Source: SAR86 cluster bacterium SAR86B
Lineage (GTDB): Bacteria; Pseudomonadota; Gammaproteobacteria; Magnimaribacterales; Magnimaribacteraceae
Direction of reading: 5' to 3'
DNA length: 64,000 bases
NCBI GenBank assembly: GCA_905182235.1
Contig: CAJJAM010000017.1
Span: forward strand, 11,362 to 75,361
Positions within the stretch are counted from its first letter, which is position 1. Every line of letters begins with the position of its first letter. The translations under genes were made by a program, and so were the position numbers. The notes beneath the pieces are model-generated. The model worked only from the letters and a program-made list of their open reading frames with translations, made no database searches and was not told the DNA's origin. This document shows positions 49,994 through 58,394 of this stretch, piece after piece.

Positions 49994-50449
49994 TTAGCTA
50001 TCAGATTTCAATAGATCCAACATGTGACTTACCTTGCGGTGCCCATGCATCTCTCTTAAGATAATCCAACTTTCCTTAAGATATTCCAAATCTTTAGACT
50101 CCTCAAGGACCTCTTGAACTTCAACAAATATTTGTCTGAGTTTTTGATTAAAGTTATCTAAAGTTGAAATCTTTATGTCAGGTAATTTTAAAGATTCGCA
50201 CTCTTCTATCTTTTGGATTAAAGTTTTTGATTGAATGGATGTCTTATTTTTTTTCAACCATTCCAGCATCATTTTATTTTGCTTATTTAAATTATCTGCA
50301 GCACCATCAATCTGCAAAGATGAAAGCAACATGAGGCCAGCCCAAGAACCCAAGCGTGATTGGTCATAACTTTTTTCCAATAAAGGAAGAAAAAGAGTGC
50401 CAATTTCTTGAGCACAAAACATTAAAGCTGTATTGATATCAGGTTTCAT
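49994..50449 (-). CDS. Hypothetical helical protein, translationally coupled to the upstream kinase
   Basis: 151 aa with no motif I recognise and predicted helical character. Its start overlaps the kinase stop by 11 nt. It is the last gene of the five-gene operon. Confidence 0.6.
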   Translation of the reverse strand: MKPDINTALMFCAQEIGTLFLPLLEKSYDQSRLGSWAGLMLLSSLQIDGAADNLNKQNKMMLEWLKKNKTSIQSKTLIQKIEECESLKLPDIKISTLDNFNQKLRQIFVEVQEVLEESKDLEYLKESWIILREMHGHRKVSHMLDLLKSDS

Positions 50450-51467
50450 TTCTTATGAGTTTTTTTTCTAAGATTTCTAAAATTATTTCCAAATGTATGT
50501 CGCCTGGAATCCAGGCAGAAAATAGATTGATTGGATCAGTGTTACTTCCATTAATAAATTCATTGCCTGCAGATACCCATATAGCAAGGCCTTTCACACA
50601 AGCAAAGAGATCCCACCAAGCTAAAGATTCTTTTTCAATTTTAATTTGTGTTTTTTCTTGCCAAATCTTAAGAGCTTTTTCTTTTTGAATTAAATAAGAA
50701 GGACGATTATGGTCTTTCCAACACCAGATCGGTGAAGTAGCCCACGCCAGATCTTCAAGGGGATCTCCTATATGAGCCATCTCCCAATCCAATATGCCTA
50801 CGAGAGAATCATCCTTAGATAAAAAATTTCCATTTCTATAATCTCCATGTACTAGACATTTTTTAACAGGGTCTTTAGGAGGGTTCCTGTAAAGCTCCCT
50901 TATGGCTGCCTCTAGAATCGGTTCAACGCTAAAGGAATCTTGTCTAATAACTTCAACCCAATGATCCAGTTCTCTCTTCCAGGAAGGTCCTTCAAATTCC
51001 CTTCCAGGTATTGAAGATAAATTTGGATCCTTGGTATCTTTAATAACTATTTCTCCAAGAATATTCCAAAATTGATGACCCAACTCCTCTGCATGCGGGG
51101 AATAGGCTTCTTGATCAAAAGGACTTGCTGCTTCGCCTATGAGCTCTTCCATGATAATAAAAGGAGCCCCCAGTGAGTCCGCAGACTCTTCGATCGCTAT
51201 TGTTTTAGGAACAGGGACTTCAGAGTTCTGAAAAGCCATATAAGCAGAATATTCAGTTAGCTGATCAGTTTCTATCAAAGCACTTGGTTGCGACCTTCTA
51301 TAAATAAGACGAGTTTCAACTAAATCCTTATTTAATACAGATAACCGATAAGTTTCTCTTGATGCACCTCCAAATATTCGACTTATTGAACCTACTGAAT
51401 AAGGCTCTTGATTAAGATCAGAATAATACTTAATGAATTCTTCACCAAGTTGGGCTTCATTATTCAT
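50439..51467 (-). CDS. Phosphotransferase family protein (APH fold, ACAD10/11 N-terminal / LvaA-like)
   Basis: 342 aa with the catalytic loop LVHGDYRNGNFL and the metal-binding ILDWEMAHIGDPLEDLAW motif. Confidence 0.85.
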   Translation of the reverse strand: MNNEAQLGEEFIKYYSDLNQEPYSVGSISRIFGGASRETYRLSVLNKDLVETRLIYRRSQPSALIETDQLTEYSAYMAFQNSEVPVPKTIAIEESADSLGAPFIIMEELIGEAASPFDQEAYSPHAEELGHQFWNILGEIVIKDTKDPNLSSIPGREFEGPSWKRELDHWVEVIRQDSFSVEPILEAAIRELYRNPPKDPVKKCLVHGDYRNGNFLSKDDSLVGILDWEMAHIGDPLEDLAWATSPIWCWKDHNRPSYLIQKEKALKIWQEKTQIKIEKESLAWWDLFACVKGLAIWVSAGNEFINGSNTDPINLFSAWIPGDIHLEIILEILEKKLIRNET

Positions 51468-51471
51468 CTTG

Positions 51472-52566
51472 CTATCGATCTAATAATCCTTCAAAACCAC
51501 TGGGTTTATGCTTTCCTATTAGCAATTCTTCTAATACTCCTATGCCTTTAGAAGTTTGACCATTCATTAAAACAGTAAAGTCAGAGATTGCTTGGACGTG
51601 CAAGAAAGGCGGGTCATGAGGATCTTCAGAAAGATCATAACTATCATACATAGATTCATTGTCTCCCTGATACATGCCGTGACCCCATTCAGGATGCATA
51701 TAACCTAGGCCACACATAAACATTCTATATTTTGGCTCTATAATGACTCTGACCTCGTTGCCATCAACTTTTTGTGAATAAAACTCTGCTTTTAGAACCC
51801 TTCTTGAATTCTTTTCATAAGTAATAATCTTTTGGGGAGCACCAAGCACTTCCGTTTGTTGTTCAGATGACATTTGCAAAACTGAGTGAGAATGAGTTGA
51901 TTCACCACTTTCATTATCCACAAAGTACACATGAGAAGAAAATTCTTCAAAATTTGCAGGGGCCCAAAGCCAATAAAATTGGGGCAGCTTAATAGGTGGC
52001 ACTGGCTGTGCATCAGGAGATCCCACTGGTCTTATGCCCCAAGAACGATCTCTAGTCCCAAAAAATTCTTCTGGCTTCACATCCACACTAGTCTCTTTGA
52101 AATTGATATTACCAGTCCACCTGCCATGTTGGGTAAGTCTAGTTGAGTCCATGCTAACTTTTGGACCATTCATAAGAGTCATTCTTGGCTCTTGTACGGG
52201 CTCAAAGCGGCCTTCAAATTCTAGGCTCGCAGAGATATCATATTTCTTATCATCAATGGTTATTTTAATCTTCTTTAGGGGTTCAATAACTTCTACTTTC
52301 AGTGCACCAACTTCGGTATTCATTCTTTCTTGGCCAAGCACCCTCGAATATCTAAAATTATGCTGGATGCCGCCTGCGACTAAAACAAAACTTCCATCTA
52401 TAAGATTTAAGTTTGGGTAAACACACATCGCAATAGCAAAGAATATCTCACCATCATTGTTATAACCGTTAAAAAAATAACGGTCATAAAAGTTTCTCTC
52501 GGTACCTACCTCAGATATTGGTACAGGCAGTTGGTGTATAGGAAAATCGTCGCCCTTGGTAAGCAT
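51472..52566 (-). CDS. Conserved hypothetical protein, no recognised catalytic motif
   Basis: 364 aa with no signal peptide and predicted beta-rich character. Notable motifs are DDFPIHQLP, GTRDRSWGIRP and PQFYWLWAP. It is tightly packed between the P450 gene (2-nt gap) and the kinase gene (4-nt gap). Confidence 0.7.
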   Translation of the reverse strand: MLTKGDDFPIHQLPVPISEVGTERNFYDRYFFNGYNNDGEIFFAIAMCVYPNLNLIDGSFVLVAGGIQHNFRYSRVLGQERMNTEVGALKVEVIEPLKKIKITIDDKKYDISASLEFEGRFEPVQEPRMTLMNGPKVSMDSTRLTQHGRWTGNINFKETSVDVKPEEFFGTRDRSWGIRPVGSPDAQPVPPIKLPQFYWLWAPANFEEFSSHVYFVDNESGESTHSHSVLQMSSEQQTEVLGAPQKIITYEKNSRRVLKAEFYSQKVDGNEVRVIIEPKYRMFMCGLGYMHPEWGHGMYQGDNESMYDSYDLSEDPHDPPFLHVQAISDFTVLMNGQTSKGIGVLEELLIGKHKPSGFEGLLDR

Positions 52567-52568
52567 TG

Positions 52569-53807
52569 CTAAATTCTAACTTTCAGTTCTGATATCCCAG
52601 CTAGGAAGTTAGAAGGTATTCTGACCGGGTCTTCAACGTACTTAATATCAGGGAAGCGTTGAAGTAATTCTTCAAATAACACTCGTATCTGCATATGTCC
52701 CAATCTATTGCCAAGGCATAAATGCTCTCCTGCTCCAAAAGCTAAATGTTTTTTTGCATTTGGTCTATCAACCTGAAATAAGTGACCATCTTCAAAAATT
52801 TCTTCATCTCTATTTGCAGAGCCATACCACATAACCACTTTATCGCCTTTTTTAATGTCTTGGCCTCTTATGGAAGTGTCTTTTGTAGCTGTGCGTCTAA
52901 AGTAAATTACAGAAGTTACCCACCGCAGCATCTCATCCGTTGCATTTGCAATTAAAGAAGGATCATCTATTAGTTTTTGTCTTTCTGAAGGATTGTCTGT
53001 TAGTGCCATCAAACCTCCAGTAATAGTATTCCGAGTTGTCTCATTTCCTGCAATAACCATGAGTAAGAAGAACCCATCAAGTAATTCGGAAGGTAACTGG
53101 TCGCCTTCAACCTCTGTATTAGCGACGATACTCATAAGATCATCCGTTGGGTTTTTTCTTCTCTCTTCGATCATTTCCCTCCCCATATTGAAGAGTTCCA
53201 TATAATTAAACCAAACCTGCATGCCTTTTTCTGGGTCCTCTTGGATAGAGGCATCAGTTAAATTGTTAACTAAATCACGTATTTTAGGTCTCTCGGACTC
53301 TTCTATTCCCATCATTTCGCATAGAACCCACAGAGGTAATTGCTCTGCAATCTCAGTCACAAAATTGAAATCTTTTTTATCAGCGACTTTGTCCAATAGT
53401 TCTCTGACCTTATTTCTCATTCCATCTTCTAGATTTCTAATGGACTTGGGACTAAAGCTGGGGGCCACCATTTTTCTGTAAACCTGATGTTCCGGAGGAT
53501 CCATTCCGATCATATTTCCTATGATGGCAGCCATAGCAGCAGGATCGACCTTTTCAGGATCACCCATTGTCATCAAATGACCGCCAACAGCAGAAGAAAA
53601 AGTCTTAGGATCTTTGGAGACTTTAATAATATCTTCGTGCTTTGTTAATGCCCAAAATCCAGGCTCAAAATCCAGGTCTTCTTCGTGCCAGTAAATAGGA
53701 GCTTCAGCCCGAAGTTGTTTGAAAGTATCAAAAGGCTGCCCATTGATAAATGTTTCCCACTTATCAAGCTTACAGATTTGACCTATGTCATGTATGGGTT
53801 TAGGCAT
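52569..53807 (-). CDS. Cytochrome P450
   Basis: 412 aa with I-helix AGNETT, ExxR (EMLRW) and the heme-thiolate loop FGAGEHLCLGNRLG. No ferredoxin or reductase gene lies nearby. Confidence 0.93.
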   Translation of the reverse strand: MPKPIHDIGQICKLDKWETFINGQPFDTFKQLRAEAPIYWHEEDLDFEPGFWALTKHEDIIKVSKDPKTFSSAVGGHLMTMGDPEKVDPAAMAAIIGNMIGMDPPEHQVYRKMVAPSFSPKSIRNLEDGMRNKVRELLDKVADKKDFNFVTEIAEQLPLWVLCEMMGIEESERPKIRDLVNNLTDASIQEDPEKGMQVWFNYMELFNMGREMIEERRKNPTDDLMSIVANTEVEGDQLPSELLDGFFLLMVIAGNETTRNTITGGLMALTDNPSERQKLIDDPSLIANATDEMLRWVTSVIYFRRTATKDTSIRGQDIKKGDKVVMWYGSANRDEEIFEDGHLFQVDRPNAKKHLAFGAGEHLCLGNRLGHMQIRVLFEELLQRFPDIKYVEDPVRIPSNFLAGISELKVRI

Positions 53808-53808
53808 T

Positions 53809-54291
53809 TTATAATTCTGAAAGAATTGTTTCTGCCGAACTCACATCAAGTCCTGGTCCAGACTCGACGTTTAAAGTGGACACTACGCCATCATCAACAA
53901 TCATGGCATACCTCTGGGATCTGGTGCCTAAGCCAAAACCACTGCCGTCCATTTCTAAACCGATAGCAGCAGTAAAATCACCGTTACCATCAGAGAGCAT
54001 CATAAGGTTTTCACCGACTTCTCTATCTTTTCCCCATGCACCCATAACAAAAGGGTCATTGACCGACACACAAGCCACAGTATCCACTCCCTTGTCTTTA
54101 AAAGATTGGGCATTCTCCAGAAAACCGGGTAAATGTTGAACACTGCAAGTTGGTGTAAAAGCTCCAGGTACAGCAAAAAGAACTACTTTCTTTCCTTCGC
54201 ATAGCTCACTAGTTGTTAAAGGTTTCGGCCCTTCAGCTGTCATGGTTGTTAAAGTTGCGGATGGTAATTTATCTCCTACTTGTATAGTCAT
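53809..54291 (-). CDS. Peroxiredoxin, Prx5 subfamily
   Basis: 160 aa with the PGAFTPTCS peroxidatic-Cys motif. It lies 1 nt upstream of the P450 start. Confidence 0.92.
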   Translation of the reverse strand: MTIQVGDKLPSATLTTMTAEGPKPLTTSELCEGKKVVLFAVPGAFTPTCSVQHLPGFLENAQSFKDKGVDTVACVSVNDPFVMGAWGKDREVGENLMMLSDGNGDFTAAIGLEMDGSGFGLGTRSQRYAMIVDDGVVSTLNVESGPGLDVSSAETILSEL

Positions 54292-54354
54292 TTAGTCTCC
54301 TTATAGATTTTTTAAATATTGTTTCATTAAAGTTGAACTCTTAAGTGATTATTA

Positions 54355-54368
54355 AACACCAAAATTAA
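54355..54368. repeat. Left arm of a 14-bp inverted repeat (AACACCAAAATTAA), partner at 54464..54477
   Basis: It is the exact reverse complement of TTAATTTTGGTGTT at 54464..54477. The arms lie 95 bp apart in the divergent prx/tolC promoter region. Confidence 0.85.
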
Positions 54369-54463
54369 GTTTGAATGATAGTGTAGCAACGAATTCAGTT
54401 CTTTGTTTAGCAAGGTTATCATAAAGACAATAAAAATTGGTCTTAATAAAATGGCTGGTTTAT

Positions 54464-54477
54464 TTAATTTTGGTGTT
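54464..54477. repeat. Right arm of the 14-bp inverted repeat (TTAATTTTGGTGTT)
   Basis: See 54355..54368. The GGTGTTA core recurs at ~54487 and, reverse-complemented and imperfect (TAACACACC), at ~54502. Confidence 0.85.
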
Positions 54478-54529
54478 ATCTAAATAGGTGTTATACTCTA
54501 GTAACACACCTATAGAAACAGAGGTCAAT

Positions 54530-55867
54530 ATGTTTAAATATTTATCAATTAGTTCCAAAGCATTACTTGCTAGTTTTGCTCTATTTTCAGTATCAGTTTT
54601 TTCTGAAAATCTCGAAGACATCTATGAATTGGCACTAAGCAATGACCCTTTGATAAAATCAGCAGAAGCAACGTACCGTTCAGGTCAAGAATATAAAATA
54701 CAAGGAAGAGCCGGTTTACTGCCGAATCTAAGTGTTTCTGGTTCAACCAATTGGAATGAATACAGGGTTCTAGACGAACTCCGAGATGAATATAACTCCA
54801 ATAACTATTCCGCAACTTTCTCACAACCACTATTTAGGATGGATAGATGGTTTAAATTTAGACAAGGAAAAGACTTAACTAAAGGTGCTGCTGCGGAGTT
54901 TGCTTACCAGCAACAAGAAACTATGGTTCGAGTGGCGACAGCTTACTTCAATGTATTAAATACGATCGACAGCTTGAATGCCGCTAAGGCGGAAGAAAAA
55001 GCGATTGGAAGACAAAAAGATCTAGCAAAGAAAAGGTTTGAGGTTGGATTGGCAGCGATTACTGAACTACAAGAAACTCAAGCTGCATATGATCTAACCG
55101 TCGTATCTACAATAGCAAGAGAGGCTCAGTTAGATGCAGCTAAAGAAAGCTTATCAGCAATTATTGGAGCTGATGCTCCTCTGCTTTCTCCTTTAGCAGA
55201 TGATTTCGAGATTTCTTTGCCTGATCCAATTGACAGGAAGTCTTGGGTGGATTTAGGTCTTAAAAATAACAACAGATTAATTGCTTCAAGATTTCAAAGA
55301 GACGCTGCTAGGAATAATGCTAGAGCCAGTGGTTCAGCTCACTTACCTCAAATAGACATTATTGGAAGAAATACTAAAAGCACTTCTAAACAAGGAAAAT
55401 TTGGTGGTTTCATTCAAAATCCTTTATTTGGAATTGAACAGGACACAAGACAATACGGCATTCAAATAAATATACCTCTGTTCGCCGGTGGAGCGATCAG
55501 TTCGGGAAGAAGACAGGCCTGGGCTAACTATGATCAAAGCAAAGAACAAGCCGTTTACCAAGAAAGAGCAGCTATTAGGGATATTAGATCGAATCATTTT
55601 GGAGTCCAAACTCAGGTTGCCAATGTTACTGCAAGAAAACAAGCCCTAACTTCAGCCAAGTCAGCTCTTGAAGCTACAAAGGTGGGTTATGAAGTTGGTA
55701 CAAGGAATACCGTGGATCTTCTTGACGCTCAGAAAAAAGTCTTTTCTGCTCAAGCTAACTACGCAAATTCAAGATACGAATACGTTATAGCAATGCTTAG
55801 ATTAAAAGCTTCAGTTGGTTCATTAAACCCAGGTGACTTAATCTCGATCAGCGACAGAATGGAGTAA
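54530..55867 (+). CDS. tolC: TolC-family outer-membrane efflux protein
   Basis: The start is trimmed to MFKYLSISSK (a signal peptide) with GAGG 6 nt upstream. It has the N-terminal LEDIYELALSNDP motif and the two-repeat architecture typical of TolC. Confidence 0.88.
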   Translation: MFKYLSISSKALLASFALFSVSVFSENLEDIYELALSNDPLIKSAEATYRSGQEYKIQGRAGLLPNLSVSGSTNWNEYRVLDELRDEYNSNNYSATFSQPLFRMDRWFKFRQGKDLTKGAAAEFAYQQQETMVRVATAYFNVLNTIDSLNAAKAEEKAIGRQKDLAKKRFEVGLAAITELQETQAAYDLTVVSTIAREAQLDAAKESLSAIIGADAPLLSPLADDFEISLPDPIDRKSWVDLGLKNNNRLIASRFQRDAARNNARASGSAHLPQIDIIGRNTKSTSKQGKFGGFIQNPLFGIEQDTRQYGIQINIPLFAGGAISSGRRQAWANYDQSKEQAVYQERAAIRDIRSNHFGVQTQVANVTARKQALTSAKSALEATKVGYEVGTRNTVDLLDAQKKVFSAQANYANSRYEYVIAMLRLKASVGSLNPGDLISISDRME

Positions 55868-55870
55868 AGT

Positions 55871-56965
55871 ATGAAACACTTATTGCTTGCATTGCTTGTG
55901 GGTGTTTCGTTAAATCAAGAGATTCTTTCTGATGAAGTAGCACCTGGAGTCTTAAGAACCCCAGATGAAAGATTTGAAAATTTGCAAGATTACCCTTTTG
56001 AAGCAAATTATATGGAAATAGATGGTCTGAGGATTCACTATCTAGATGAAGGACCAAAAGATGCTGACCCAATAATTCTTTTCCATGGTGAACCAGCTTG
56101 GAGTTATCTATTTAGAAAAATGATTCCTGTTCTAACAGAAGCTGGTTATAGAGTGGTAGTCCCTGATATGGTTGGCTTTGGTAAGTCAGATAAATTTGAA
56201 TCTAAGTACGACTACAGTTACAAGCATCATGTGGATGTAATGAAAGAACTTGTTGAAAGATTAGATCTAGAAAATACTACCCACTTTGGACAGGACTGGG
56301 GAGGACTTATTGGCCTAAGGGTTGTAGCAGAAATGCCTGATAGATTTGCGCAAGTTGTTGTTTCAAATACCGGTATGGTTGCAGGCGAAGGCATAAGAGC
56401 TTGGTTCACACAGCTTATTATGGAACTCACAGTTTGGTGGAATGGGCCAATTACTTTTGAAGAGCTCAAAACGGCTGCTCGAGGGGCACTTAACTCCGAG
56501 AATCCTTCTAGTAGTGATGGTATTTCAATGTTCACAAAATGGATAGCGTACTCTTATTATTCTAAAGATATGGACATAGTGGGTATCATTGAAACCTTCG
56601 GGGGATTAAATCTTACTGAGGAAGAAAGGAGAGCTTATGAAGCGCCCTATCCTTCTGGGAGATATAAAGCTGGAGCTCATGTCTGGCCTTACCTGATACC
56701 AACTCAACTAAAAGAAAATGAAAAGTACTGGAAAGAGATTTACGAAAAATGGGATAAACCTTTTCTAGTTGCTTTTGGAGGCGAAGAAAGAATAACGATA
56801 AGAATGAAGGATGATTTTGTAAATCGAATTCCTAATCCAACAATAATAACTTTAGGTGGCGCTGGGCATTTTGTTCAGGAAGAAGTGGGGCCAGAACTGG
56901 CCGAGATCATCATAAATTTTATAGAAGGAAAAGAAGTAACTGATTTAATGGCTTCAACAGATTAA
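55871..56965 (+). CDS. Haloalkane dehalogenase family (DhlA-like HLD-I) alpha/beta hydrolase with an N-terminal signal-like peptide
   Basis: 364 aa. RTPDERFENL.DYPF, HGEPAWSYLFRKMIP, GFGKSDK, the nucleophile QDWGG and the C-terminal GAGHFVQEE closely parallel Xanthobacter DhlA. The hydrophobic leader MKHLLLALLVGVSL is absent from DhlA. Confidence 0.8.
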   Translation: MKHLLLALLVGVSLNQEILSDEVAPGVLRTPDERFENLQDYPFEANYMEIDGLRIHYLDEGPKDADPIILFHGEPAWSYLFRKMIPVLTEAGYRVVVPDMVGFGKSDKFESKYDYSYKHHVDVMKELVERLDLENTTHFGQDWGGLIGLRVVAEMPDRFAQVVVSNTGMVAGEGIRAWFTQLIMELTVWWNGPITFEELKTAARGALNSENPSSSDGISMFTKWIAYSYYSKDMDIVGIIETFGGLNLTEEERRAYEAPYPSGRYKAGAHVWPYLIPTQLKENEKYWKEIYEKWDKPFLVAFGGEERITIRMKDDFVNRIPNPTIITLGGAGHFVQEEVGPELAEIIINFIEGKEVTDLMASTD

Positions 56966-56974
56966 TATCCCAAA

Positions 56975-57790
56975 GTGCCTGAATTACCGGAAGTAGAAAC
57001 AACTCTAAGAGGAATTGAACCTCACATATTAAATAAAAAAATAACCTCAATAACTGTTAGAAATCCTTCTTTACGTTGGCCAGTTCCAGTAAATAGTCTA
57101 AAAGCTAATCTTGTCAGTAGCTCTTTTTTATCCATAAAAAGAAGAGGGAAATACCTTATCCTTGAGAGCCTAAAAGGTTTTGTACTTATTCACTTAGGGA
57201 TGTCGGGATGTCTTAGAATATTTGATAATAAATCTGCACCCGAGAAACACGATCATATAGACGTTAGTTTTGATGATAACTCTATCTTGAGATATACAGA
57301 CCCCAGACGCTTTGGATCCTTTTTGTGGACAACAGAACCTGAGTCCCATGTCCTGATAAGTAAACTAGGACCAGAGCCCTTGGGTAATAAATTCTCAGGA
57401 GCCCATCTTTTCGAAAAATCTAGAAAAAAGAAAATGCCAGTTAAGAACTTTATTATGGATTCAAAAATAGTTGTGGGAGTAGGAAATATATACGCGAGTG
57501 AAGCGTTATTTCTAGCAGGCATAAGGCCAAAGAAATATGCGGGGAGAGTTACTCGTAATCAATATGAATCGTTGGCTATAGAGATACGTAATTTACTTAA
57601 TAAGTCTATCGAAAAGGGAGGAACAACATTAAGAGATTTTGTTGGAGGAGACAATAAACCTGGTTATTTTAAACAGCAATTGAATGTTTACGGAAGATCC
57701 GGACAAGAATGTAAAGTTTGTGAATCTATCCTCAAGAATCTAAAAATAGGACAAAGAGGAAGTGTTTACTGCCCTAAATGCCAGAATTGA
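56975..57790 (+). CDS. mutM: Formamidopyrimidine-DNA glycosylase
   Basis: 271 aa with a GTG start, the N-terminal PELPEVET motif, H2TH, and the C-terminal zinc finger C.VC...C.KCQ. Confidence 0.93.
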   Translation: MPELPEVETTLRGIEPHILNKKITSITVRNPSLRWPVPVNSLKANLVSSSFLSIKRRGKYLILESLKGFVLIHLGMSGCLRIFDNKSAPEKHDHIDVSFDDNSILRYTDPRRFGSFLWTTEPESHVLISKLGPEPLGNKFSGAHLFEKSRKKKMPVKNFIMDSKIVVGVGNIYASEALFLAGIRPKKYAGRVTRNQYESLAIEIRNLLNKSIEKGGTTLRDFVGGDNKPGYFKQQLNVYGRSGQECKVCESILKNLKIGQRGSVYCPKCQN

Positions 57791-57792
57791 TG

Positions 57793-58272
57793 CTAAAGCT
57801 TAAAACGTTTTTTAAGAGCTTCTTCAATAATAGGATCAACAAAAGAAGAAATTTCTCCACCCATTGAAGCGATCTCTCTTACCAAAGTGGATGAAAGAAA
57901 AGAAAATTTAGCTTTTGGGGTTAAGAATATGCTCTCAAGATCAGGAGACATTGCTCTATTCATATTTGCTAATTGAAGTTCATACTCAAAATCAGAAACC
58001 GCCCTAAGCCCTCTTATTAAAATATTACTTTCTTCTTCTTTTGCTAGATCTACAACTAAACCAGTAAATCCTATGACTTTGATGTGTTTATTTCCTTCAA
58101 AGATTGTTTGTATATGTTCGATTCGCTCTTCTAGAGTAAATAAAGGAATTTTTGATTCGCTAGTAGCAATTGCTACAGTTACCTCATCAAATAAATGGAG
58201 GGCTCTTTCTATAAGGTCTATGTGACCCAAAGTAACAGGATCAAAGGTTCCAGGGTATAAAGCTTTTGCCAT
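57793..58272 (-). CDS. coaD: Pantetheine-phosphate adenylyltransferase
   Basis: The start is trimmed to MAKALYPGTFDPVTLGHIDLIERA, the canonical CoaD N-terminus. Confidence 0.93.
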   Translation of the reverse strand: MAKALYPGTFDPVTLGHIDLIERALHLFDEVTVAIATSESKIPLFTLEERIEHIQTIFEGNKHIKVIGFTGLVVDLAKEEESNILIRGLRAVSDFEYELQLANMNRAMSPDLESIFLTPKAKFSFLSSTLVREIASMGGEISSFVDPIIEEALKKRFKL

Positions 58273-58394
58273 TTTTAGCTCCCAATTAATATCAAGCGAG
58301 TTCATTCTCTCATATTTACTAAATTAATAAATAACATGATTCATATTCATTATTTTGCATAAAGGAATGAAGATTTTGTTTGATGTATGAATGT

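Noticed and set aside
52034-52420. A 128-aa plus-strand ORF (and 51931..52146) lies inside the 364-aa unknown gene.
   Set aside because: I considered it because the host gene is itself uncharacterised. The minus-strand frame is the long uninterrupted one and fits the 2-nt and 4-nt operon spacing. The plus-strand translations are Ser/Leu/Phe-rich low complexity.
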